Shown one piece after another: positions 10,834 through 22,641 of a DNA stretch of 64,000 bases; within the stretch, counting starts at the first letter, position 1; every line of letters begins with the position of its first letter. Location: positions 9,300,001-9,364,000 of the forward strand of contig OU015567.1 in the NCBI GenBank assembly GCA_907165135.1, written 5' to 3'. This DNA comes from Oikopleura dioica. Taxonomy: Eukaryota > Animalia > Chordata. A program made the translations under genes and the position numbers. Under the pieces are notes generated by a model, which did no database searches, had not been told where the DNA came from, and was given only the letters and a program-made list of their open reading frames with translations.

Positions 10834-13800
10834 ATGGTTTCCAAGAAAAGGGAGCCAGATTCGACCGGGCCGAGTAGTAAAAAGCAGAAACGCTCAGACT
10901 CAGATCCACAGGAGAACGAAATCAATTGGTATAAGCCGGGTGATATTGAACGAAAATGGGGTAAAAAGTGGGGACGTCCAGAGGGAGAGAAAGGAGAAGA
11001 CCTCGTCTTCCAGCAGATTGATTTGGATAAATTCGTCGAGTTTGAAAACGGGGATCCAAAACCGACCATCCGAATTTATGGCACCGATAAAAAAAGGATC
11101 ATCAATCTGTCTTTATGTCAATGGTTTCAAGCCATACTTCTATGTTCCAGCACCAAAAGGCTTCACTGAGGACTACTGCGGCCAATTTGTGAAAGAGCTC
11201 AACGACCGAGTTGTAAGCAATCTCGGTTCTCGCGCAGGAATTATGAAGGGCGTTACAAAAGCTGTACTCGGAGCAGAAATGTGCGAGAAGGAAGATATCT
11301 ACGGATACAACTCACAGGGAAAAGTGCCATTTATAAAAATAACTGTTGCTTCTTGGCAGCTAATGACGCCGTGTAAAAATGTGTTGGAGCCGGGATGGAA
11401 AGTGACGACTGACAATGGTCAATTTCATCACAATTTTAAAATGTTCGAAAGTCACATCGATTACGAAGTCCGTTTCATGGTCGATTGCAAAGTCAGAGGA
11501 GCGTCTTGGGTAACAGTTCCTCACGGAAAATATCAGCGAAGATGGGATAAGGTAAGGAAAGTATCCAAACCATGACAAAAATCAATCTGTAGCAAACAAC
11601 CTGCTCTATTGAAGCCGATGTACACTTCTCTGACTTAATTCCTCATGAACCTGAAGGTGAATGGGCGGACATCGCCCCCATGCGAATCTTCAGTTATGAT
11701 ATCGAATGCGCAGGACGAAAGGGTATCTTTCCAGAGCCGGAACATGACCCCGTCATTCAAATTGCTTGTATGGTGCAAAATCAAGGTTAGTCTGACGAAA
11801 AGCATTCAGAGATTTTTGATATTTTAGGCGATGCATCCAAAAATGGTAAAAAAGTGTAGATTAAGGTGTTTCGAATCATTTTTTACTAATTGGTTCACCA
11901 TTAATCAATTAATTAGAAAGATCAGAGCTCGAATTCGCTTGATTCTATGTGCACTAATTCAATTATTCGTGGTCTGATGTTTACTTTAGGTGAACCCTCG
12001 CCGTTTATTCGGATGATTTTTACACTGAACTCTTGCAGTCCCATCGTTGGCAACCACGTCTTCTGCTACGAGAAAGAAATTGACATGCTGGAAGGCTTTG
12101 CCGAACTTATTCGTCTCGTTGACCCTGATATTATTACAGGCTATAATATCATGAACTTCGATACTTCATACCTTGGTAAATAATTCTCGGTAGATAACAA
12201 CTCATGAAACTTTTAGTAAACCGAGCGAATACGCTCAAGAGTAAAACCTTCCCCTTCCTCGGCCGTGTCCGAAACACCGCTTCCAAAGTACGTGATGCCA
12301 AATTCTCGTCCAAGCAAATGGGCACGAGGGAATACAAAGAGGTAAATATTGATGGCAGAATCCAACTCGACGTCATGGTCTCTATCGTTCAAAACTACAA
12401 ACTCCGATCTTACAACTTAAACGCAGTTTCCTACCATTTCTTGAAAGAGCAAAAAGAAGATGTCCACCATTCAATCATTTCTGATTTGCAAGCAGGAGAT
12501 GAATCAGATCGACGACGATTGGTGAGTACTCTTCCTTGATTTCACCGACCGATAATTTATTCAAGGCTGTTTACTGCCTCAAAGATGCGTTGCTACCACT
12601 TCGACTCATGGACAAGCTGATGTTTGTGGTGAATACAATGGAAATGGCGAGAGTAACGGGTGTCCCTGTGTCTTATCTTCTTACTCGAGGACAATCTGTT
12701 AAAGTCATGGCCCAGGTAAAAATCATTTTGACCTGCTTGAGATAATTTCTTATCAGCTTCTACGTGAGTCCTCGATTCGTGATCTTGTCATGCCTGTTTT
12801 GAAAACAGAGCAGTCTGATCAGTACGAGGGAGCAACAGTCATCGACCCGATCCGTGGCTACTACAAAGAGCCCATCACGACTTTGGATTTTGCCTCTCTT
12901 TATCCCTCAATCATGCGCGCGCACAATCTATGCTATACAACACTGTTACAAAATAAATTAGAGCGCTCGAAACTTTCTCCGGATCAGTTCATAAAAACTC
13001 CGACTGGTGATGAATTCGTCAAACCAGAAGTCCGGGAGGGCCTTCTACCGATGATTTTGAAAAATCTTCTTGAAGCTCGAGGAAGAGCGAAGAAAGAACT
13101 CAAAATCGAGAAATGTCCTTTCAAGAAAAAAGTGTTGGATGGTCGACAGCTTGCTCTGAAAATTTCGGCCAACTCTGTCTATGGTTTCACCGGAGCGCAG
13201 GTTGGAAAGCTTCCGTGCTTGCCAATATCTGGATCTGTTACCGCTTTTGGCCGAATGATGATTGACGAGACAAAGAGACACGTTGAGGCAAACTACACCA
13301 GAGGTAAAAACTATTAAATGTTCGTTATTTCAAATGGACTCTAGCCAACGGATACGAGCATGACGCCCAAGTTGTTTACGGTGATACTGATTCTGTCATG
13401 ATCAAATTCGGAACAGACTCGATCGCGAAATCCTTTGAGCTTGGTACTGAGGCAGCAAAATTTGTTACGGCCAAATTCATCCAACCAATCAAACTGGAGT
13501 TTGAAAAAGTCTACTGTCCGTATCTTCTTATCAACAAAAAGCGATACGCAGGGCTTTACTACTCATCCAATCCGGAGAAGCATGATAAGATGGATTGCAA
13601 GGTAAGGTTTTCACAAAAGCTTTTGTCAACGATAAAACAAGGGTATCGAAACTGTCCGTCGTGATAATTGCCGACTTGCTTCTGAGCTCATCTCCAAATG
13701 CCTTGACATGATGTTGATCAACCGGGACCCAGAAGGCGCGGTTGAGTACGCAAAAGACACCATCAGAGATCTTCTTCTCAATCGAGTTGATATCTCCAAG

Positions 13801-14603
13801 CTAGTCATCACAAAAGAACTGACGCAGAAAGCCGAGGGATACGCTTCAAAGCAGGCACACTGCGAACTCGCCGAACGAATGCGAAAGAGAGACCCAGGAT
13901 CCGCACCGCAGCTCGGTGATCGAGTACCCTATGTGTTCATCAAAAAGCCAAAGAACACACCTGCTTATGAGAAGGCAGAAGATCCGCTCTATGTGCTTGA
14001 CAACTCAGTTCCAATCGATGCTGGTGAGTCTCAAATGAACATCTCCTTACTAAAATTTTCAAAGAACATTATCTTCACCATTCGCTTGAAAATCCTCTTC
14101 TTCGGATTTTCGAGCCTGTTCTTGGTGAAGCAAAGGCGAAATCCGTACTTTTCAAGGGAGATCACACTCGAGTCAAAGCTGTGACGACTTCAAAAGTTGG
14201 TGGACTTTTCAAATTCACCCAGAAGCGAGAGACATGCATGGGATGCAAAGGTACACTATCTCTTCTTTCCATCGTACTTATTTGACTTCAGCGGCGATGC
14301 CAAAGGGTGTTGATGGAAATGTCTGCCCGAGCTGCAAAGAGAACGAAATCGAGCTCTACTTGAGCCACAAGGCGGAGCTCGATGATCTTCGAATTGATTT
14401 TAACAAGCTCTGGAGCCAGTGCCAGCGCTGTCAGAAGCACATGCAGAAGGAAGTTCTTTGTTCCAACTGCGACTGTCCGATTTTCTATCGCCGAAAGGTA
14501 AATGCTCTGTTTGATTGAAAATACTGAAGAAATTTAGAAAATCCGCTCCGATCTGATGAAAGCAGAAAAGGCTGTTGCCAAATTTGGTCCCATCGACTGG
14601 TGA
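10834..14603 (+). CDS. POLD1: DNA polymerase delta catalytic subunit (one apparent +1 slip at the A7 run 11089-11095)
   Basis: [71 protein letters not shown]-terminal CysA/CysB clusters and KFGPIDW*. Confidence 0.97.
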
Positions 14604-14756
14604 AAAATAGCCCTCTCTCAGAGAGTCTCTAGAGAGATGTATTAGTTCAATATCTCACACATCACTTATCCTCAGTTACAATTTGCACTGCCGAATGTCA
14701 CACAATACATTTCCAGCAAGCTCATCCATCAGATTCGCATTATTTTAGAAGAAAAA

Positions 14757-16131
14757 ATGCCACGAAGTCGGATTTCGGAAACATCATCAGCTGACCGTGT
14801 CGTTGTCGTTTCTGCCCCTGGAAAGCTGATTCTTTCAGGCGAACATTCAGTTGTCTACGGTCATCCAGCTCTAGCAACAGCTCTTCAGTTGCGTTTGAGC
14901 ATTCGGCTAGAACGTTGCCATACGAACAGTATTGCATTGATTTCTCAGGTATGATAGCAAGGAGGAGTACAGACAGTAACTGACTAAAGACGTTTAGCTT
15001 ATCGCTGAGCCTAGAAAAATATGCCGAATGGTGGGCTGACCCCTCGCTTCGCCTGAATGACACTCAAGACAACATAGAAAGGATAAAAGAACTCATATCA
15101 GCAGGTTGTGAATCAAAATATGAATTTCAAATTACCTCTTGCTAGAGTTTGAAGGTATAACAGGCCCAGCTGTTTGCTCCTTCATGGCACTTGTTTTTGT
15201 TGCCGGCGAATATACGGAGCTGACTGTCCAAGCCTATCTCTTACGATTACTAGTCAAATACCTCTTGGCGCTGGGCTGGGCTCATCTGCCTCACTCTCCG
15301 CAGCTCTTGCGGGCGTAATCCTAGTCGATAGTGGTCAGATTTCCGAAGCAACAGGCGGAAACGGAACCTTTACCACGCACGAGAGGGGGCTTATACGCGA
15401 TCTAGCAAGGTCAGGAGAATAAACAAACGCTCATTGACTGCTTTATAGCACCTGTGAAAACATATTCCACAGTCGATCCTCTGGTATCGACACAACAGTG
15501 ATTATAGAAGGCGGTCTCATCAAATACCAACCGGGAAATTTCGAACCATTCCAGATCAACCACTCACCTCGAATACTGATTGTAGAAACTCATGTAGAGG
15601 TAAATGTAACCAATCAACCTTGTATGATCAAAATTTAAAGCGATCCACAGCTCAACTTGTTGAGTTCGTCCGACGCAGACGTGATCGTCTAACGGATATT
15701 GTAAACGGAGTCATGTCTGCTCTATCAGAATGCGTACATAAGTGGCTCGAACTGTTTCAATCCGAAGATATCCTCGGCTCGTATCAACAACAACGAGAAT
15801 TGGTGGAAATCAATCAACACTTACTCGCCTCCTTAGGTGTATCCCACGCCTCCCTCGATGCGATAGTCTCTGCTGCAAGCGAAGTTGGTCTTGCAGCGAA
15901 ACTAACCGGTGCAGGAGGGGCGGCTGCGCGATGGTTTTACTTCCACCGAGGTGAGATCAAGCTTATGATTGCTTTATTTGAACTAAAGAAAAGCTGACAA
16001 TGTTGTACAGATTCTGGAGCTCAGCAACTAGGTTTTCTTCGAGTTTTCGCGCCTTCAGTATTTGTGGGATAAAGCTTTGCAATCCTTCCAGGATCTTAAA
16101 CTCGATTAGAATCGTTATTCTGGAGATTTGA
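14757..16131 (+). CDS. MVK: Mevalonate kinase (apparent -1 slip at 15917-15920; exact stop uncertain, 16072 or 16131)
   Basis: SAPGKLILSGEHSVVYG, IPLGAGLGSSA, HSRSSGIDT, KLTGAGG(G)GC GHMP-kinase motifs. Confidence 0.9.
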
Positions 16132-17135
16132 GTTCATTCTTACCCTCCGCCCAAATTTCCGTTCGGTATCCATCTGTGACGGATCGATTGGTATAAAAAT
16201 TGTATCCGCTGAAGGGCCTTTGGCGAGGCGGTCGTTGACAGTGTAGGCTAGTTGCAAGATCGAAACGAGATCTTGATGAGTTTGCCCGTTCATCAGCTCA
16301 TTTAGTATAAATTCCAGAAGATTTCGAGTGAGTATGTTGCCGTTGAAGAGCTCTCCGATCATTCTTGACACAGTGAGAGTGGTTCTCGATAGTTTTCTTA
16401 CCTAACAACGCCGAGCTGTCTGTTTTCTCCGTAAAAGTTTTTTACCAGAAGATCGACTAGGATTTCGCGGAATCCTCTCAATTTGATATTTTCTGCCATT
16501 GCTTGTTTCACGCTTATACAGACGTACTTGTCATTTTCGCCAGTAACGAAACCGAAATGATCGAGCTTGAAGTGCATGTTGATGCAGAACTTGGTGTAGA
16601 TTGGTGCAAATTGAGGCTTTTTAACGCATGCGTCGACTATCTGCCGAATACAGTTTTCTAGGGAGTCGTGGTCGTATGGCTTTGATCCTTATGAGAAATT
16701 TGATAAACATGTTTCTGATTTAAATATTTACCATTTATGAATTCATCTACGAGTGCCGTTTGCTGCTTGTTTGTAGTAGTTTCACAGGTAATATATTCCT
16801 GAATACGGATTACTGAATATCATAAAACGAATGTCAATTACCAGTATTTCTTCCAGCGTGAGACATTTTTCAGGTTTCTTCAATTCTTGGGCAATACTCA
16901 CTTCCGTATTTACTTGCGGTTTTTGTTTTTGAGGCTCTCGAACTTGCCGGGCTAACTGCTGTCGAACTTGTCGAACGCGAGGCTGTTGAGGTTGCTGCTG
17001 AGGTGGGGGTACTGTGTGCGGCAATCCTTGAAGCTGACGAACACTAGGATGTTCCCAGCCTCGATTTCCTGTCTTCGGGGCACTTTTTTCAGGAACTTTT
17101 ACCGGTCTTTCGGGCTTTCTCTCTGCCTTCTGCAT
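16096..17135 (-). CDS. MIF4G-domain protein with a Q/P-rich N-terminus (MIF4GD/CTIF/PAIP1-like)
   Basis: Spliced: MQKAERKP...EEIL / EYITCE...FING / SKPYDHDSLENCIRQIVDACVKKPQFAPIYTKFC...SALL / GTLTVSRMIGELFNGNILT. The PxFAxxYxxxC and IGELF patterns are MIF4G hallmarks. Three GT-AG introns. Confidence 0.7.
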
Positions 17136-17183
17136 TTTCGTCTTTGAACTGACTCCGTAAAAGACGCGGTCAGTGAAAGCGTG

Positions 17184-17219
17184 TCTAGAAAAGTATTATT
17201 AGGTCTTTTTCAATCTAGA
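17184..17219. promoter_or_regulatory. Candidate bidirectional promoter with two palindromic TCTAGA motifs
   Basis: TCTAGA at 17184-17189 and 17214-17219 in the 108-nt spacer between divergent start codons (17135 on -, 17244 on +). Confidence 0.45.
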
Positions 17220-17243
17220 AAAATCAGAATAATTTTCAGTGGA

Positions 17244-17393
17244 ATGTCAACCCCAAATTCAACCTCAGAAGAACTGGACGTACAAATCGCAGTTCTACAG
17301 CAGCTTTTGAATCAGAAAGGATTCACGAGCATCGAAAGCACCATCGCCGAAGACGGAATCAGGCTCGACCATTATGAGTCGAACTTGCCTTGA
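17244..17393 (+). CDS. Candidate 49-aa microprotein of unknown function
   Basis: ttttcag acceptor 4 nt before the ATG; MSTPNSTSEELDVQIAVLQQLLNQKGFTSIESTIAEDGIRLDHYESNLP*; coding-like composition; AATAAA at ~17431. Confidence 0.5.
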   Translation: MSTPNSTSEELDVQIAVLQQLLNQKGFTSIESTIAEDGIRLDHYESNLP

Positions 17394-17481
17394 ATTTGCG
17401 ACTGTTCCATTTTTCCTCGTTCAAAATTTAAAATAAATAATTGTTCAACTTATAACTCCATTTTATCCTTATCTCCTTTAG

Positions 17482-18948
17482 ATGATTCGCCGAGGAGTCC
17501 AAAGACTCGGAATCGGACTGACGCTCGGTATCGGTTATGACAGGCTAATTGCCGACAATCTTTGGGGAATGCGAAAATACTCTTATTTTGATCGCGCCTG
17601 GTCAACAGGGGTAGCAGCTATTGGAAAGCTCACGTTCTTCGACGATGGTATCGGTACCCCTGATCAAATTCGCCGAGTAGATGAATACAGGGATGAAATT
17701 CTTGAAAACAGAATTGAAGAGATGATTGACTCTTTCGCAGAATCTATCGTTTTGAAATCGAAGAAGATCGATGGAGACTATCTTTTAATCGAAGGGGAAC
17801 TTGACGCAAATTTGGATCTTGATGAAGAGCTTTGGCCCAAAGAATGCCGAAGAGGATATTTTCAGCTTGTTTTACCTGCTAGCGGAGAAGTTGAAGGAAT
17901 TGTCATCCAAACGGCAGGCACTGGCGATCATGGATTCAAGCGAAGACGCGAAATCATCGCCAAGGTAGAATCACTCTCCCTTCTCAACTTTACATCAATA
18001 AGTTAAGCCATTATTGCAAGAGCATAACATCGCCTCCTGTATCATGGAAAATCCTTATTATGCGAGGCGAAAGCCACAGAAGCAACAATATTCCGGTCTT
18101 CGAAGCTTTCCCGATCTGATCACGCTTTGCATGGGTGTTGCTATTGAATGCAACGCCGTCGCAAAATGGATCAAAGAAGAGCTAAAGATCGAGCGAGTAG
18201 GAGTCACTGGGTTGTCACTTGGTGGACATACTGCGGCTCTTGTCGCCTCGGTTTCTCCGACACCAATCGCTGCTGCACCTGGATTCTCTTGGTCGACGTC
18301 GGAGGGAGTCTGGACGACAGGGGCGCTCTCGAATAGAATCGATTGGAACAGCCTAGAAGCAGATATAAAAGCACATCCTGGTTATGAACCTTATTTTAAC
18401 TCCATCGGAACAGGACTGACAAAATGGCTCAATAGAGATGAAGAAATCGCAAAAGAAATAGAAAATCTTCCCGAATTGAAACGTGCGAAAGACGTCGAAG
18501 AAAACTTTGCCAAAAAGAAGCTTAAATTATTGGCCGCCCATTTTTCGCATTTGGGAAACTATCCAGTGCCAAAAGACGCCAGCTTGATTCACTACGTTGT
18601 TGGCGAGTATGATTATTTTTACTCAAAAGATCAGATGACTGGGATGGATAGAGTTTGGCCTGGAACTACGGTTGAAGTTTTACCAGCCGGTCATGTGGAT
18701 GGCTTTCTTTTATACGGCCGCGTGTATAGGTAAATAGACAAAGGAAAATCTCGTTTTATGACTTGTATAGAAATGCGATAAATACTGTTCTGAATCGTCT
18801 TCCCAAAGCAAGCACCAAAACAATAAACCTTTCCATTGTCGAGAATGTGCCGAGCGAAGAAATCGAAGATGGAAGAGGAACAGACGTATTTCAAAAAGCT
18901 TTTCAATACTGTACTGTACAAACTGTTAATTTTCTGCAAAGGTCCTGA
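17482..18948 (+). CDS. ABHD18: ABHD18 (C4orf29/DUF2048) alpha/beta hydrolase
   Basis: IQTAGTGDHGFKRRR, IMENPYYARRKP, VTGLSLGGH nucleophile elbow, AGHVDGF. Two short introns. Confidence 0.88.
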
Positions 18949-19169
18949 TCGCCTCAGTCTCGCTTTATTTATTCTAATAATAACTATTCACAAAACAGTT
19001 TCTAGAGCCTTTACCGAAGGATTGTTGTCTTATTTTTCAAATCTGATTTTTCGTGGACAGCTGCAAGAAAACCGTTAGACGAGTTTCGCGACTAACGGGC
19101 CCGTTTTTTTTTGCCAATAAGGCATATTTTTAGATTTAGGCCTCAGTTTATATGAGAATTATTTTCAGA

Positions 19170-20544
19170 ATGGTGCTATTCTCTCTTTTCAAGGGGAAAG
19201 CCGAGAAGGACACTGCCGCGCTTCTTGAGGATATTGAGAAGAAGTTGAAAGAACTCAAAGAAGATAGATGTAGCACTACCGTTAGGAAGAAATCGGCTTG
19301 TCGAAAGATTCATTATTATGGGTACTTATCATTTTCAACAATAATCTCTTATTGATTTCATAGGGGTGGTTTTTATGCTGTTGCTCTCGGATTTATGTAC
19401 ATAAACTTTCCATCTTCCATCGATTTCATGGACCCAAGCGTAGTCATCCCTATTGGAACACGCGTCCTCTCTGTTCTCCTTGGTATTCCAGTTCTCATTT
19501 ATCTTCTGAGACGATTCTCGGTCTTTTACTATGAGCGGAAGTACAAGAGCATCGATAAAGACATCAAGAGGATAGAAAAAGAGAAAGACGCCTTGATCGA
19601 TAATGTAATGGAAAAAGAACCGTATAACAAGGCGCGCGAGATCCTGAAAAAGTACAAACCAAGCTTGCTGAAAGCCGAAGAACCAGCAAAAGTCCAACTG
19701 TTCGTCGACGAACTGTTCAGGGCAACATCACGAGCATCGGTCCTAAGAAAATTGGCCCAAAGTCTGGACAAATCGCTCAAGTCCAAAATGTACCAAGCCC
19801 AATCCAAAGAAATCCTCAGCAAAAGCAGCCAATGGTAAACCAGGGAATGCGGCAAAGACCCCAGACTATTCGACCTTTGCCGTCGCAGAATTTGAACTCA
19901 TCGAGGATGGACAAAATCGTAGGTGAAATGGAGTGATCCTTTTGCTATCATACTTTCAGGTCGGCTGGATGACTGGATCAAGCCCAGATCAAATGTACGC
20001 TTTGATTTGCAAGCAATGCGCTGAACACAACGGTCTTTCACCAAAAGAAGAATTTGACTATCTTCAGTGGAGATGTGCGTTCTGTGGCTTTAATCATCCT
20101 CCAAGGTAAATTTCTAGGACCCTAGATTAGTAACCAACTGGTGTTAGAAAGCAACGACCACGTCCACCTAAGCTCCAAGAGCAACGTCCGGCTGATCGAC
20201 CCATTTTCAATACTTCTGCTGTCGAACCTCGACGAAAATTATCGGGCGAATCATCTGGAAGCGGCACCTCCAAGCATATCGCTCAAAATCCCAATCAAAC
20301 AATGCCTGTTCTCGCAGCCAACGTACGCATGGAAAAGCGCGGATCTCTTGGCTCTTCAAAGAGTGATGATGAGAGAAAAGAAAAAGAAGACTCAGGAACT
20401 GAATCCGATCAAATCGAACAGAATCAGATGAGAAGCGAAGATGACAACTCGACTTCTGCGAACTCGATCTCTTCTGACGAAGAAATGGAAACAGAGGCCT
20501 CTAAAGACTCTATTCAAGCTGAATCTAGGTATGTCCAAAGTTGA
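19170..20544 (+). CDS. LNPK: ER junction formation protein lunapark (apparent -1 slip at 19688-19691)
   Basis: N-terminal coiled coil, two TM segments, LIDNVMEKEPYNKAREILKKY, zinc ribbon YALICKQCAEHNGLSPKEEFDYLQWRCAFCGFNHPPRKQRPRPP. Confidence 0.9.
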
Positions 20545-20923
20545 GAACAGAGTGTGATGATTTTGTAGCGTTTTGAATGAAACAATCGAAGCCGGTTTCG
20601 AGCAGCAAGAAGCAACCGCCAATTAGATATTCCAAATTCCACATGTTATTACGACGAAACTTTCAAGCTGATATTTCTAGCACTTTTCACTGCACAGACT
20701 CACTCTTCATCAACTCTCAGTTCTCGAAAAGTTACATGTTCAATTCTTGAAATCCAAATATATGAACCATTCTGAAATCAACAAGGAGTAAGCCCGCGAG
20801 TATTTGAACTAGTCGGGCTTGTTCTATTTTCCTTTCGTATTTAACAATGAATCAACATTTGCATTTCGCCTTGGCAGCTTGAGAAAGAGCAGCGCAGTTG
20901 CAAACATAGCAGAAATTGAGAAA

Positions 20924-22641
20924 ATGGGAATAGAAGGAGAGCTTAAAAATGGTGAAGCAAAGGCGACTCCGAATCGGACTTTCGCAGAAATATGCTCATG
21001 TCCTGTTTGCATGTATTTCTGATTTATATAAAAAATCGATTATATATTTAATATACCGCAAGATTTAACGCTTTCTCATCTTAGGGAGGTCTTTAAAGAC
21101 CCAGTTCAACTGTCGTGTTGCTTCAATCATCTGTGTAGAGGATGTTTCGACAGGAGCGCTCAAGAGGGCTGTCCAATGTGCAGGAATCGAAATGTTCGAT
21201 CCGAGCGCGTTGCTCCGAGTTTGAAAAAACATCTTCGAAAAGTCCGTATGCTTTGTAAGCACACAACTTGTCCACAGAATAAGGAAGGCATTTCAGTTGC
21301 AGATTATGAAAGGTATCTAGCTGATAGATTGAAAGTCATAATTTTTTTTTTGTGACAGTCACGTTCAATTTTGCCGCCATGCTCCTGAAATGTGCGAGTT
21401 TTGCGAGCAAAACTTTTCCCAATTGATGATTAGCGCCCACAAAGAAAATGACTGCACTGAAAGATGGAAAAGATCCGCACGGTCGGCCAAAGACCTTGAA
21501 CAGGAAAATTCTCGGCTCAAAAATGAAGGTCATTTTCTATCAAAGCTACTTTTTATATTCCTTATTTCTAGTTCATCGATTGAAACGGGAACTACAGAAT
21601 AAGGATGATGAAAATCAGAGGCATGTACGAGCAATTCAGCAAACCGATTACGACATAAAATTATTGAAAGAAGATATTCGGAGAAGAGACTCCGAAAGTA
21701 ACGATCTTTTTCATCATGCATGCATTTGAATTAAAATTTTAGTCTCGATTTTGAAGGAACACAATGAGAATCATGGTCAAATTATGGCTAAGACGATGAG
21801 GGAACAAATGGAAGCAATGTTGAGGACCATGACCATTAACGGACAAGTACCGGTCCATTCGATGAATCCTGGTCCAATTCCATCTCAAGGCTTTTCTCCT
21901 TATGCACCTCCTCCTCAGCAAACGAATAATTCAAACATAGGCGGACTCAATCAAAGTTACCAGTCAGAAATTGAATACTTGACTAGTACCCAAGATCTTT
22001 CCCGGTCGGGTGGATCAACATCATCAACCTCCTCATTCGTGGTAACTATTTATATGATATAACTTATATCGATAAATAATATTTTCAAGATTATAAAATA
22101 TTTCTTTTGCTTACCCTTATTCAAGAATAAATCATACGAAAAAGAAAATCCGTTCCGAAAACACCCAATCATGTCAACGCCAAGTCTTGAGAACGTTGAA
22201 GAACAGCGCACAACCAGTAATCAAAGTAAAATATGCCAATTAAAAAATAAATTCATAATTTCTAAGAGCACGCGATGCCAGCCCCACCTGCACCGACAAA
22301 TGTCTCTGTTGCTCGTGGGTTCTGGAATAAAACTCGACTTACCACGATAAATGTCCAAATTCGTCACAAGGGTCAGACTGTAAAAAATGTTGTCTTGAAC
22401 GGTTAGTTCTGATGTCAAAAGAAATTTTCAAATTTATTGGATTCTTTCAGTTGAATCTGCGGACAATCTTGAGGCACAAATTCTCAATGAAGTCCAACTA
22501 TCCGGATTATACAGACTTTTTTACAATTTTGAGGGAGAAGAAGATGCAGGGTTCTTCAAAGATGAGTTTGAGGGCCGCATCGAATCGCTTCATAATAAGA
22601 GAATAATTGCAAACACAGTTTTTGTAGCTGGAAGAAAATGA
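20924..22641 (+). CDS. RING (C3HC4) + TRAF-type zinc finger + coiled-coil protein with an unassigned C-terminal domain
   Basis: CPVCMEVFKDPVQLSCCFNHLCRGC...CPMCR, CKHTTCPQ...HVQFCRHAPEMCEFC...HKENDC, heptad region, Pro/Gln-rich linker, then LTTINVQIRHKGQTVKNVVLNVESADNLEAQIL...FVAGRK*. About seven introns placed by eye. Confidence 0.75.

Noticed and set aside
15917-15920. MVK as a pseudogene (GAGG/GGC frame break)
   Set aside because: One extra G in a G4 run restores the motif; the window shows repeated homopolymer slips in otherwise intact genes.
19688-19691. Lunapark truncation at 19838
   Set aside because: One extra A restores a continuous frame into the intact zinc-ribbon exons; likely a sequencing indel.
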